Below, piece by piece: positions 12,496 to 27,400 of a stretch of DNA of 64,000 bases. A model generated the notes under the pieces. The model was not told the origin of the DNA. It was given only the letters and a program-made list of their open reading frames with translations, and searched no databases. This DNA is from Balanoglossus misakiensis (Eukaryota; Animalia; Hemichordata), in the NCBI GenBank assembly GCA_040954595.2, contig CM082598.2:1860001-1924000 (forward strand). Reading direction: 5' to 3'. Both the position numbers and the translations under genes were made by a program. Each line of letters opens with the position of its first letter. The stretch's first letter is position 1.

Positions 12496-15400
12496 GTAAG
12501 TAATGTGTTAATTAGATGAAATTTTCTTCTTGGTCGAGCAGAAGGGTTGATATGTTCATAGCGCGTTCACTTTCACACCTGTTGATTTGCATACCGCACA
12601 TACCGAAGTAGATGCTTAAATAGGACATAGTTTGACCTATATCCAAAAGCTTCTGCTACCGTTTGATTTAAGAATTCTGGTGCAGTCGTTTAGTACCTGC
12701 CGGGACGTTGGATTATACGCGGGGGAATTTCACCCACGTTCGGCGAAATTCGCTCACGAATCCCTACCGAAAACCGAATGGTACATTCTTGATGCACTAA
12801 ACCGTCATGGTCGTGCACGCATAATTCCCTACTACAGAGATGGGTTGTTGAAATATTTGAAAGGGCGTATCTGATTTTAGTCTCTTGAATGCTATCCCCC
12901 CCCCCCAAAGTGTTGCTGTATCCCCCCCTTAATTTTAGGCGAAATGAACATATTTGTCTATTGTCTGGGCGTCTTGAGAAAAAAATTGAGAAAAAATGTC
13001 AAAACAACCATGAGCATGAGGGTTCCTTTTTTAAAAGATGACGATAAGTTGACTGTGGAGTTTTTGAGTGGATAGATTTAAAATATTTTAACTGACAAAA
13101 TAAAAAATTGTTTTCAGTTTTAAACAATTAGGGCAGGGCTGAGTTGCATATACTTGGGGTAGGGGGGGGGGGGTTATATCATTGGGTGTTTTGCAATGTA
13201 TCCCACAATGCAACCAAATTGTCCCCAGGTCAATGTTCACTGTACCTTTCAGTGACATTGAATCAGAGTGTCACCTTAATAATTAGCTGTTTGACTTTCA
13301 TATTATTAGACTGGCAATAAAGTTCACATAGGTTCAGTCAGCTTGTCAGATTATTTATAGAATTATTATAATTAAAGTAAACATTTGGTACATTTGTAAC
13401 ATGTGCCAAGCATACATGTACACTGACCTCATATTCAGGTTAATTAATTAACTGGTAAATTTTCGCAAACGATAAATTTTCGCGAACTACCCGAGAGCCA
13501 AAAAAACCATGAAAGTAAAGAGTCGCGTAAAAAATGTTTTGCAGAGATAAAGATACAGTGAAATACAAGAACGCGAAATTAATCGTCGCGTAACAGTTGA
13601 CGCTTTTGCTTTCGTGAAAAATTTCCTGTGGCGAAAACTTCCCGTTTTACAGTATATCTAATATATATGAGCATAGATAAATGTTTGTCATTTTTACCAG
13701 TGAAGGTCTAGGTATTTGCATACGTCTCACGTTATACAACTGTGGCCATTCATTCATTCAAACAGTGAGAGAAGAGACCATTATCTGTACATGTATATTG
13801 TCATTTCAAACTTGGGTGTTACCCAACAAGTGCCAATGCAAATTTGAAAGACAATTGTTCTCTGGTGATGAGTTTGAATATTTGGAAAACCATCACATTC
13901 ACTGTATAAATTACTGTTAACGTGTTACCATAGCAACTTCACTGTGTTAATGAGTTGTAACATGTCTGTCAACGACCATCCAGCATTTATTGTGGTATTT
14001 TTGCAGAGCAGTAACTAAATAATACATTGCCTCTTCTGCCAGATATTTTTTGGCAGCTTGGTTGCAGTCATTAAACAAATTAAACCAAATTATTGACAAA
14101 AATAGAAAATGTTGAATGTGGAAATATGGACTGTACAGTCACAACTTACCCTTTCCAAACAAATATGCCATTGTTATAAAATTGATTTATATGAAACAGC
14201 TGGCGAGGTTAACCTCAGCTCAGTATCCTGATAAAAAGCGGGTGATTATCATGTGCGTTTTATAAAAATCTACTATGAATATATTTAACTAAATATCTCT
14301 CAGCCTTTTGGCTGATATTCACCTTTATTCAACCTTTTTGAAATTTGATTTAAAAATAAATATACTTATCTGATTGCTGTAGTTTACAGAAAATTTGTTG
14401 TTTGCTATTCATATTTTATAAATTTAAAAAAAATATATACGTAATGTGTCCAAAACAGATCATACATTTATAACAGGTCACAGAAGGTGGCATTTTGTTG
14501 TGGTATTGTGACGTCGGGTGTGTTCAAATTCTTTGTTCATCCGAGCTGTGTTTCCGTGTTTTTTAGTTTTACAAAAGTCATGTGAAAGGTATTCAGTGTA
14601 TGTGAAGGTTTGCATGTACGTTTGTTTACCGACAGAGTATCGTATCAGGTGAATGAGTGAAAGTCTACTGAAAGGGTGAATGGCCCTTAAGGGACCTTCT
14701 CAAATTTTCACAGGAGTTCAACAGACATTTTTTATATACATCAACCAACCCCCCCCCCTCCCCTTAAATGTGAAGTGTTGATGTCGTCTTATGACGACTT
14801 ATACCATGATACACCGTAGCTGTGTACTGTTCGTATGGTGGCTGATTAAATGGGTGCGACACCCATTTAATAAACCACTTGATCAAATTGCAACTTATAG
14901 CCACAATCAGACGTCGATGAAATGTTCATGTATACTTGTCAGTACGCTTATGTTGATGGACCAATCTAAGATGAAAAGTAAAATCATGAAAATAATGCAA
15001 AAAGTGGCAGCTCTTTGGAGCTTTAACGTAGGCATTGTGTGACTTTGTTATCTGAAAGCTGTGTACTTGAAGTGGGAAGATAAGTTCAGCTTGTATTTAA
15101 TGAACACTTACTAAGGCTTAGCGCATGTATGATACTCCAGATGAAGTGGCTTTTCGATAACATACTTCAGTTGCCATGGACCATGTGTTGTGTATGAAAA
15201 GTTAGGGTCATCGTTTAGGGGTACTCATAGTCTAGAATCCAGACTTGTATTTTTCGCTGTGTGTGGAGCATATACTAGCGAAAAACACGGGTCTGGGTTA
15301 TAGACTTAGAGTGCTCGAGGTGTTAAAAGTTTCAAAGTATCTGTGAAACTGCAGCTTATAAAATAAGAGCTTGGATTGTGTAGGTGGGTGACATATCTTC

Positions 15401-18400
15401 ATCAACGCCTGGCTGTGTACCGAGGTGGCTGATGTTGCCGTCCATTCGTAGTTTAATTTGATTTATTTGCATGGCATTTGCATGCGCGTATCACGTCTCC
15501 TTGCTCTGCAAAATAGTCGAGATTTTCTGCAAAGGATTCCAGTTTTTTGTTGTATTACTCAAGGAATTGGTTTACGAATGGTCTATGCTTGTCCTGCTGT
15601 GGTCAGAAATTGATGTTCTTTGCTTTTGACAAGGCATTTGGGCCGAATTTTAGTGAACTTCGGTAAGCCATTCACTACTGCTGATAGCGGTTACGTAATT
15701 TGGTGTGGGATCGTGACGTGGCCACTTGTGGTGACTCAGTATGCCTCTGACCTGCGAGGACTGCGGAGAGTGCTCTTCGAGAGTTAGTCTGTGCCAAGGA
15801 GATATGCATCTGTGTAATACTTGCAACAAGAAACGATTTGGTGGCAGTAACGGCTCTACAGCGGATGGAGGAAGTGGACGAAGTAGAATAAGCGACAGTG
15901 GTGTGGTAATTAACGAACTTTTATGTTTTATTGTGAATAAGATGGATGTTCTTACAACAGACCTGCTGGTGAAGTTGTGTTGCGACCAATTTAACGATGG
16001 AGAAGTCGAGACTGCAAAGCGTACTCTTTTTGAACTATGTTGCAATGACCCTGGGAGGATGATAAAACGTCAGGGGCAGAATAAACGATTCAACAATTTG
16101 ATGGATATGGTGAAATTACTCCACGAAGTTGACATTGAAGACCTGCCATGCTTCGTTGCTAAAGATTTGGCAAAACTCCCGCCAATTGATACGTCTCACA
16201 TCGACGTCTCCACATTGATGACAGAACTGAAGTCACTAAGGCGAGAAATGGCACAAATGAAAGACACTGTGGTGCGGTCCGAGGTGACCGATTTTGCAAG
16301 TGAACTCAGTTTGTTGCGGCAAGAAATTTGTGAAGTGAAAAATTGCGTCGATAATTTGCAGAAAGGAGGTGTTGAAAGCGACGTGGTTTCACAGGTGGCA
16401 CAATGTGAGCCGCCAAGACCAGCTGTTTGTGAGCCACTGGATCCCCATTGTTCTCTGAACAAAGACCCTCATACGAGCTCGTATGCAGACATAGTTCAAT
16501 CACGTGTATCAGCGGTGAAAGCCAAGCGTCCAGTTCAGTCGGACCGTCCATCGACAAAGGTATCTGAAATCCAGTCGGGGAATGGAGAAGAAGAGTTTAC
16601 TGTGGTGTCTCGCCGACCTAAACGTCGTCCTCAGGCAGTTTTTGGCACAGCAAAACTCAGTGATGATTCTGCTATCAAATCTGTTCGCCCTAATCCGCCT
16701 TTTAAATTTTTTGTCACTAGATTTGCACCCACAACGACTTCAGATGCTGTTATTTCTTATATTAAAAAACGCAGTCATGTTACCGTTAAATGCGAACAAC
16801 TGAAAACCAAATATGATACTTATTCATCATTTGTGGTTGAAACGACACGTGAGTTCGCCGAGAAAATTCGTGACCCTGCGATGTGGCCTGATGGTATTCT
16901 TATCCGCCGTTACTATTAATTTATTGTATGACACTACGTCTTTCTACATATAACTGTCGTGGCATAAAGTCATCAGTAGACTCTATTATGTCTCTCTGTA
17001 ACGATCATGATGTTATACTCGTTCAAGAACACTGGCTGACGGAAGCGGAACTACCTCTTCTGTCGAGTATTCACAAAGACTTTAATGCATGTGGTATTTC
17101 TGCCATTCAAGATGACTGTGGAATTCGCATCGGGCGTCCATTTGGTGGAGTTGCAATCATGTGGCGTAAATCCTTGGGACAAAACTTTTCAATAAAATAT
17201 TTAGATGATACAAGACTTTTAGGTGCTGATATTGTTACATCTTCTGGAAAACTTTTTATTTTATGTGCGTACCTCCCGACCTGTTCTGGAGAAAATTATG
17301 ACACTTATATGAATTATTTGGCAAAAATTAATTGCATTATTAATGATATTGACACAACGAATGTTATAATTCTTGGCGATTTTAACGCTAACTTTGGTAC
17401 AATATTTGCTAGGGAGCTTGATATTTTTTGTAAAGAACATAATTTGTATATCTCCGATGTTGAAAAGCTTGGTAGATGCAATGATAATTTTACATTCGTT
17501 AGTGATGCACATGGTAGTACTGGTTGGTTGGACCATATTTTGAGCACCCATGCAGTACATAATGCTATTTCTAGTATTGGTATTTTGTATGATTATGTGT
17601 CCTCTGACCATTTTCCTCTTTCTGTAAATATTGATATTGTTGGGTTAGTACATACAGATCCGATTCCACAAAATGTTACCAATGCTCATGCGAAGCCTAA
17701 CTGGAGTAAAGCGACACCCAGGAACTTGTCTGCTTATGAACATATGACGGAGTGCTTACTCCGTAGACTGGATATCCCAAATGTTGCTCTTGTATGTCGA
17801 GATCCTAACTGTAAGAATATAGATCACATTAGCAGTCTAAATTCTTTGTATTCGAATATTGTTACTTCTCTTAAATCAGCTGCGTTGAACTGCATTCCTG
17901 CTTCGAAGGCAGAGGGGTTGGGTTTTAAAACTGTTCCAGGTTGGAATGAACATGTACGTGATTTTCACAATGCCGCTCGTGATGCATTTAAATTATGGGC
18001 TGCTAATGGCAGGCCTAGGTTTGGCCCGCTCTTTGATCTCATGCGCAGAACTCGTGCAAAATTTAAGTCGGTTTTACGGGCGTGTAGAAGAGATGAAAAC
18101 CTAGCCAGGGCCCAGGCTTTGGCCAAAAACTTGACGCAGGGGGGCACACGTAAGTTTTGGCAGTCTGTACATACCACTCGTGGTTGTTTATCTTCGCTTC
18201 CGACCAGTGTAGGTGGCTGCACCGGTCATGAAAATGTTGCCGATATGTGGAAACAACATTATGAAAGTTTATTGAATTCTGTTTCGAACTGTCGTGATAG
18301 AGCATTTGTATTGTCATCGTTAAATGAAACTGGTTCCCACAACAATGCCATGGTTGTTACTGCGATGGAACTAAAAGGGTGTATTGATAAGCTTGAGAAG

Positions 18401-21400
18401 GGAAAGGCATTGGGCTATGATGGTCTTGGTGCCGAACATCTCATGTATGCAAGTCCAATCATTTGCGTTATGTTGAGTTTATGTTTTACTAGTTTTTTTA
18501 CACATGGTTATTTACCCGAGACTTTAATGCACGCCATTATTTGTCCTATTGTGAAGGATAAATCCAAAGATCTTACTTCTGTGGATAATTATAGGCCCAT
18601 TGCAATTGTCACGGCCATCTCGAAAGTTCTGGAACTTTGTATTCTATCTCGTATTGATTCACTCTTAGATACAAGCAATTTACAGTTTGGTTTTAAAAGT
18701 AATCACTCTACCGACATGTGTATCTTTGTTCTCAAAGAAATTGTTGACTTTTATAAGAGGCATAATACGCCAGTTTACCTCTGTTTTATGGATGCTACGA
18801 AAGCTTTTGATAGGGTCAACCACTGGACTTTGTTTAGAAAACTGATTAACTGCAAGATACCTCTTTTTATTATTCGTATTTTACAATATTGGTATAGTAA
18901 TCAATGCTTTTCTGTGCGCTGGGCATCTGTAATTTCTAATTCCTTCAGTGTTATCAACGGTGTACGGCAAGGAAGTATTCTTTCACCCAAACTGTTCGCT
19001 ATATATGTAAATGATTTAAGCGGTCAGCTGCAATCAGCCGGGGTTGGCTGTTTCCTAGCTAATACCATTGTTAACCATTTGTTCTATGCAGACGATTTAG
19101 TCTTGATTTGTCCGTCGGTCAAAGCATTACAGAAACTGAGTAACATTTGTGAACTGTATGGAAATGAGCATGATATTATTTTTCATACTGCAAAGACAGA
19201 GTGTATGGCAATTTTCCCAAAGTCTTGGAAAGCACACAGAATTCCTTGTGTATATTTGTATGGTAAACCTCTTAAGTATGTATGTACAAAAAAGTATCTT
19301 GGCTATATTATGTCCTCTTCGGGTATGGATGATGCTGATATGCAGCGGCAGCTTCGTTGCTTTTATGCTAGAGCTAATTTTATTTTGCGTAATTTTGGCC
19401 ATTGCTCATATAAGGTGAAGTGCACTCTTTTTAAAAGTTTTTTATATAGTGTTTATTGTCTTAACGTGTGGTGTAACTACAGTGTCAAACAAATGTCTAC
19501 TTTAAAAGTTGCGTATAACAATGCCTTAAGATTGATTTTTAATCTGAAACGCGATGTAAGCATAAGTCATAACTTTGTAAGTAGGAATATTTTGAACTTT
19601 ACCTCGCTACATCGAAAATTGGTTTTCTCCTTTTGCCAACGCTTACAAAAAAGCGGTAACCCGGTTATCCGCAGTTGTATACAGACTGACTGTTACTTTT
19701 TATCTACATTCTGGGGGCATTGCAGGGTTGTTCTTCATTAAGTTTTTGGGATTTTTTTTTTCTTTTGTGTCTTTCTTTTATGGAGTTGTTTCTGGGTTTG
19801 TTTTGTATGTTTTTTTTTACAGTATGGGCATACCGCCTGAATTAAAGAATAAATAAAATAAAAAATAATAAAATTATATGGTAGATTAAACATTGTGAAC
19901 TGAATTTTCCGCGGTCAACAGATCCAACAGGTAACTGTAGAGGGGAAAAGGGAATTAGTACAATTGGTTTCAGTTGAGATGAAGTCTTTTATAGCAACAA
20001 AGTTAGCTGCAGGTACTTGCCCCTTGCCTTGTTCAGCCTTGTTGAGAGTGTACAACAAAAGGCTTTGTAGCCAGCAAAGGGCTGTGAACCGAATATAACA
20101 CTTCAAACAGACCCACCAGCTTATAGCTTGTCGGAGAAAAGAAACCATCAGTCAACTGGTTTTAATAGTTTGACACAAGTACATATACTTAGGCCCCTTC
20201 ACTTCAACATACGTTGGATGTGTGTTCTCGCAACTTCTCTTTGCCTAACCCTTTTCACCACAATAAATTGAAAGAGGTGAAAGAGGTGCTAAATTTGTTA
20301 ACCCAGGCTACCTGTGGGTTCGCCCAGAGCTGACCGAGATACAAACTTTGTTCTGATCTGTTCTGTACATCCCTAAATGTTAATAATCAGGGCAGACCAG
20401 AGAAGGTATTTGCAGTATGTGCAATGTTGGTATTTTTCATGCATGAAGTCCTTTACTGGCAAAATAAGTAAACCTTGTTGGTATAAAAGAATTTATCGAC
20501 GATTTGCTATGCATGCCTAACTTCTTTGTATTTGTCGGAGTGGTTACTTTGTCGTGATCACGAAACAAGGATGACGTAGTCTTACTTGGCATTCACCAGG
20601 CCTTGACCTTGGTTTTTAGTCCTTATTTTGTGTGTGATTAAACTTGAATCTTTTTTCTACTCTCAATTGCAGTCCTTGATGTAATGCATTGTGGGTACCC
20701 CAGCTGGATGTTGACTGGGCCCCCATCAACAACCCCAACCCCGTGACACACGCAAAAATCCCTTAAAGTTGCCTTGAGCATGAATTAATGTACTATAATC
20801 TATAAGTTAAAAATGTAATTAGGTGAATAGTGTACCCACATATCGAATCAGAATGTTATCACTCTAGGGTAAATTTGCTTTTAATTTCATCTCATGCAAA
20901 GCCAACAATAACATTAGCGTATAATTCAATTTGTCAATAACGTTATCAACTAAAAGAGAAAGCCAACAAGCCATTGACCAAAATGGTCTGAATTTGTAGA
21001 GTGTGTACGAGTTGTGTCATTAAAGTCCCACTATACTCATTATTTTCCTTTTAAACTGAGATTTGTCCATTAAAGGGACAAAGTCTCGCTGCGAGAGAGA
21101 GACTTTGTCCCTTTAAAAATGGGTACTGATGGAAAGCAGTTATAAAATAAACAGGAGCTGCATCTGTTTATTTAGCCTCCCATTATAAGGATTCAAATTT
21201 GCACTTGGTATTAGACTCTCCAGTAAATCAGTGTGGAGTTGACACTTCTCTCATTTGAGGATATGCGGGTTCACTTGAGGTCAAACGTCACCTACACCAA
21301 TGTGTGTATGTCTTATTTTGGACTTAAATGATGCACATAAAAATCCATTCTATACAGTTGCACACTTACTATGTTGTCTTAATATGTGTGAGCTAAATGA

Positions 21401-24400
21401 AAGTCCCACTAGAATACCAAACAAAAATTAAATGCCAACAGTGTACATTTTGTAGAAATGTTGCAACAAAAATTTCTCATAAATTTCTGTTGTTTGAACT
21501 CTCAGTTTGCCCTTCCGAACAAATAACACAGATTTTGGGAGTTTCCTTTTTATCCGATCTGGGTGGAGTGGGTTGAGTGAAGTGTTCAATTCACGGCATT
21601 GTGTCTGCGAAAACATCAGATTATCTTTCTATTGTACCTTTCATTCAGCGACTAAAGATCCCACAAAGGGCGTTTCCATATGGCATAACATCGCCAAACG
21701 GATCTTTTTGTAGATACCTGTTGGATGTCTGACAACAGTGAATGGTGTTGGCCCACAGGTCAATACAGCACAAATATAATACTGTGCTACTGTAAAACCA
21801 GTCTAAACCGAACACCAAAGGGACTGAAGAAATCGTTTGGTTTGTAGAGCTGTTCGGTTTAAAGAGGTTCAATGTCAAAGGGCAATGTGAGAGACTTTTA
21901 ATTCTATTCTGTTTTTGCTGGAATGTCAATTGAAAGGTTAAAAATGCTAATCATGCTAATGACAATATTCTGTACATCTTGCTGGAAGTTTTTTGCCAAT
22001 GATGAGTAACATATATTTGCACGAAACTCGTAGCAGGTATGCAGATTAACTGATAAGAAAAGCCAAAATGGTTCCATAATTTTTGTTAGTATATACTGAG
22101 TAGATTTTTCGGTGCAAATTTTAAAACATTCAGCTCATGACCTACGGGCCTGGTGTGTTAGAAATCAGTTCATTCATGTTTGGAATGCGCTTGTGTGCTG
22201 TCTTTTTGTTTGCCGCGATTTGCATGTGAAACGTTTCGCATTCAGAGCGCATAGACCCATCCAGAGTCACAAAAGACAAACTTGATTGATTACGAGAGTA
22301 GTGAATCACAGAGTCTATTTTGGACAAGGTATTCGGCCACTCCTAAAAACTCAACTTGTCGCTATCGTCCCTTGATGCACTTTTCACTAATCAACAATAG
22401 TTGGGATGTTGAGTTTTGTTCTTTTCACAACTTTTTACATAACAGAAGACCTCTTTCTGTGTCAATCTTTCCCTTTGTAAACAGCAGATATTAAAACACA
22501 AATCGCTGACAACAATGTCCAGTGTTATGCATGAGTTAAATCATGGCCTGCCTCAGTTGAAGCTGGCCTACATGACCAAGCGATTATAATGCCTGCACAT
22601 GATACAAGCTTAAACAATTAGTAACATAAAATAAATAATTGAACAGAAATTAATTGTGACCATCACAGAGAAATGAAAATGTGACCATTTCTTTTCATTT
22701 GTACAGGTAACTCATTGTCAGGAGACGGTGGAAAACCTTGCTTCCTCAGAAGTCACTTCATCATCTGCCAAATTGACATGGGATCCCCCAACGAGTGGCA
22801 CAGTCTCCCAATACTATATACTCATCGCTCCGAACAGACTCGTAGGTAATTCTTTCGAAACCACGACCAATACAGAGTTAACCATCACAGGTCTGCAAGG
22901 TGGTACAGACTATACTTTTACCGTGAAAGTACAGTTTGCCGGAACAGGTTTTGCAGATGTGGACGTATCTGTGAATGTGACTACAGTTAGTGATTCAGGT
23001 AAGAGATTTATAAGATTTCTAGAGAATGTTTGCTTTGAATGCTTGTTACTTCTTCGGATATCTATAGAATGTTTTGGATATCTATAGAATGTAGCATACG
23101 TATCTGTAAATGTGACTACACTGAGTGATTCAGGTAAGAGATTTAAGATTTGTAGAGAATGTTTGCTTTGAATGCTTGTTACTTCTGTGGATATCTATAG
23201 AATGTAGCATGAATTCTGCAAAATCAACAGAAATGCATGATGAGGGAGTGAAAGTTTGAAGGAGCCAAAAATTTATAAAAGGATGCAAATTGTAAGATTT
23301 TGCTACTGTGGTACATGTAGTTAGAATCTTGCAAATAATATCAACAAATGTTTGTGTTAAAGCCTTCAGTATCACCTTATCAAAATACTGATTTGATGGA
23401 AAAATTTTGGCTTCTTCTGCTGAAGGGAGTTTTCTACACTTGCCATCGTCACATTGACTTGTGCCTAACCTAACCCATCAATGACCATGCACATTTATCA
23501 CTGAAATCATCACATGCCTAATCTCTGCACGTACATATCCATCAATTCACCGCACAACTCTGGGTTGAAAAAATAAATAAATCCACTCCGCAATTTCTTA
23601 CACTCACTGCCAGTTCATTAAGTGTTGTGAGTCTCAAGGAATTGGTGGGAAAAAGTTCGTTTCTGCCCTCAGTAAGATTGTGGGAAATTTATTCACAGCG
23701 ATAAAAATTATTGCTGTCATTCAAATAGTTGTATAAAAGATAACCCATCAATCAGGGACAAGTATGAAGCAATTGGTCATTTGATAGCCAATCAGTGACA
23801 AGTATAAACTAACCAATCATTGGATAGCCAATCAGTGATGAGTATTGTATCAACCTATCAGAGCTGATACTTCAAGGGTTTTCACAACACACTGTTTTTG
23901 TGATATGCAAAACAATCTATTATTTTAAATGAGAGTACTAGATATTTTGTGAAAGCCTCTGAGAGAGATTTTTCAACCCAATCCCTGCTTTGCTGCACTG
24001 CTAACTTGAACCGCACTGCTTTTGTACCATAAAACATTTGCTTGCTTGTTTGCATTTTTGCATGTGCACTGCTTCCGTGGTCATCAGTAAAGGTTGAGGG
24101 GATATTTTGGGCTATTCTGGAGCAATGGAAATAGCATTCCCTAATATAATTGTTTGCAAAACTGCAACCTTGTGGCTATATACAACTTCTGCACTGATTT
24201 CTGCACTGTGTTCCTAATCAAATAACAAAAACCAAAACAATAAAACGTTTTCTGTTGTTCGTGTTGTCATAATTTCGAATTTTGCTTCTCCAAAGGAAAT
24301 AATATCCAGGTGGACACAAAAACCACAAATCTGTTGATCTTAAGCTGGACAGAGCCGGGTGGTACCGTCTTTAATTATGAGCTGACGTATCAGACAGGTT

Positions 24401-27400
24401 CTGGTGCTGCGTCTACAAAAACGACACCCAGTACCACTGATTTTGTCTCGGGCTTGACACCGGGGGCGCTGTACACAATCAGCGTCTCGTATAGAGTCAA
24501 TGATGGTGATGCGCCGACTGTTTTGTACGCGACTACAGTTCGCATGAGTGAGTAAATACATTGACATTAATGGCTTTTGACAAGTATCCAGGGAGATGGG
24601 GGGACTTTCATTCCATTTTTCATTCACCTTCATCGCCGTGATTATCAACTGAAACATGAATGTACAATTATTTCATAGAACACGTATGTGAAATCCAAGT
24701 TTTTACTGATACAGGCGTGGGCAAGTTCAGTACGACACTTGCTACAGAAAGTTGTCACTATTCAGACGAAGTTCTTTTCAAGCTCTGTTTGGTCCAAACT
24801 TCCAGATAATCTTTTTTTTTCAAAATCATAAAAATATCCATTCCAAAGGGAACTTGACACAGTTTTTAAAACACTTTAAAATTGCAATTTTTGTATAAAT
24901 CACTATAATTTGTGCACTGCTATGCTTTGTTGATATTTTTCACCAGAATTATCAATTTAACTGCACAGTTACATTTGCAGGAAAACAAAACACCCTCCAT
25001 GTAGTTATCCTGTCAATTATCAAAGTCATAAAGTACACCCCTAAAAGTGTATATTTTTTAAAGCTCAGATATAATGGAACTCAATTGTGTAATTGAGACT
25101 ACATGTATGTTACGCCGCATACAACACGGCCCACATTACCCTGTCCCATCTAACACAGCCATCATTTCATCTTCCACACAGTACCCAACCCGCCGTCTAG
25201 TTTAACAGTCAGCAGTGTCGATGGCAACAGCATCACTATCGAGTTCACCCCACCTTCATCTGGTCAGTTTGATTCCTACAAACTAACGACAACATCTGGA
25301 GGTGTAGAATCATCCCCCGTGACTATCAACAGTGGCGCGACAACGTACACAATTGAGGGCTTGACGACGAACACAGAGTATACCATCAACTTGTATACTG
25401 TCAGCGGCAGTGGGGATCGGAGAGAAGAAAGTTCTGCTGCCACGACAACAGGAACTCCGGGTAAGTGAATTCTGAATGGAGCCTCGCTTGCAGTATGGAT
25501 CAATGTTTCAATAGCCAATCATAGTGCCAGAGAGTGTTTTATTAGCCAATCATTGCAACAGAGAATGGGTCAGTAGCCAATCGTTGCATCAGAAAGTGTT
25601 TCGGTAGCCAATCATTGCGTCAGAGAATTTTTAAATAGCCAGAGTTTGAAGTTCATATTTTATGTACAACCACTTACATCATTGTTTTCATTTATACCAT
25701 TTAAGTGCGTTTAAGAATATAAAATATATATTGTTGCCATTGTTTTTTTCTCTGCAGTTACATTTCAACTGACAGTTGTGACTGCGATCTCGAATTTACT
25801 GATCGTCGAGTGGGAACAACCACCAGGAACGTTCGACAGCGTTGCGGTAACTTATACCCCCGACCAAGGAACACCGACAGATGCAAGCATCATAACAGGA
25901 ACTAATCAAGCCCTGGCTGGAGATCTCACAGCCGGTACTGCATACGTGTTCAAACTCTACACTGTTGCAGGCGGTATAAGGAGTGAGATAGTCAGCCAGG
26001 TCATCTACACCGGTATGTACAGTTTCCTATTTTACCAATCTAATTTAACATAGCCCAAAGTCTGTCCAAAGTGTGAAATGCGAATGCGTATTTTTCATTT
26101 TCCCATGGTGGTGGCTATATTCCTTTGCGGCAAAGCTTTATTATTTATCTGGTTAAAACTTGCATATGCACTCATACTTAGGGTTTATAATACCTGTATA
26201 AACTTCAGTCCATAAATCTGTATGGGCTAAAATTAATACAGTTTGAAAATAAATTTCATGATAATTTCCCAAAAATTGCAGCTCATGGAGCTAAGAGATG
26301 TTGATCATGGTTTTCTTAAATATATGCATGGCCAATTGAGTGAAATCCTTGTGTTACTGTCACCTAGCAACAGCATCTTTTATAAAGTCATCCCGGTAAT
26401 TTCTTTCAGTTCCTTTGAACCCGACATCTGCGGGGACACCAACAGTCACAGCCAATACCCTCACAACGGCATGGACCACACCCAGTGGCAATCGTGACCA
26501 TTACAGAGTCACCTACTCTCCAGCCAACGGTCTGACTCCGGCCACCAACCAGGTGTCCAGCGATGCGACCCAGTTCACGTTAGAAGGATTGGATCCAGGC
26601 ATCGAATACACAGTTGAGGTCATCGCTGTAGCCGGCGACCAAGAAAGCGATCCTTTATCGTTTACAGCAACGACATGTAAGTTAAACCTCTTTGTGTTTT
26701 GTTGTTACCATAGAAATCAAAAGTGGTCTAGTATAACTTTCATATAAAAATGTTGACAGGCCCATATGAGTATTATTGTGTTTATTATGGAAATTACCAG
26801 CACATCATTTATTCTAACTTTCTTAAAACAAATATAGTTGGCTGAATAATGTCAAATTTTCATATGTCATTGTACTGGTATGCACGTCTAGCTCCTGTTT
26901 GTATTAAAAGCACTTTTCTGGCAAGTAGCTTGGTACACAACTTTTTTCACATTTTATTTTTGTGTGGTACAGCATTACAGTTTGCCCCCAAAACTATTTT
27001 CTGATATGCACTTTCATTTGCTAAACATGGCAGAAATTCTGTATTTTTTGAGCTAATATTATGAATTTTCTATATTTTCCCCTTCAGCACCCGGTCCTCC
27101 CGGTGGTATCAACTTGAAAGAAGTCACAGGGACATCGATCCGAATATCCTTCAATGAGTACCCAGCTGCTTTCTCTTACGTAGTCGCCATTTATCCGGCT
27201 GATGATGCGAGTGTAACTTACTCTACATTCAGTCAGCAACACACGTTTGTGAACTTGACCCAGGGACAGGAGTACACTGTAACCGTGACTGCTCTTGTGT
27301 CCGGGTCAACCCCAGAGTCGTCTATAGTTGTCAGAACAGGTATGTCATCATTGTTTATTGTGTTGTCATTCAGAGAGCATTTTCACTGGCAATAATGTAT

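Larger units (their letters stand above)
15490..19873 (+). mobile_element. Non-LTR retrotransposon (LINE) of the CR1/L2 group, apparently intact, in intron 1 of the FN3 gene in sense orientation; 5' boundary approximate
   Basis: Two uninterrupted ORFs lie 8 nt apart. A short T-rich 3' UTR ends in an A-rich tail (aataaataaaataaaaaataataaaa, about 19848-19873). No target-site duplication was recognised. Confidence 0.88.

Noticed and set aside
15650-19418. Antisense and nested ORFs inside the LINE, and similar shadows of FN3 and Link exons
   Set aside because: By-products of long open frames on the opposite strand, with no independent motifs.
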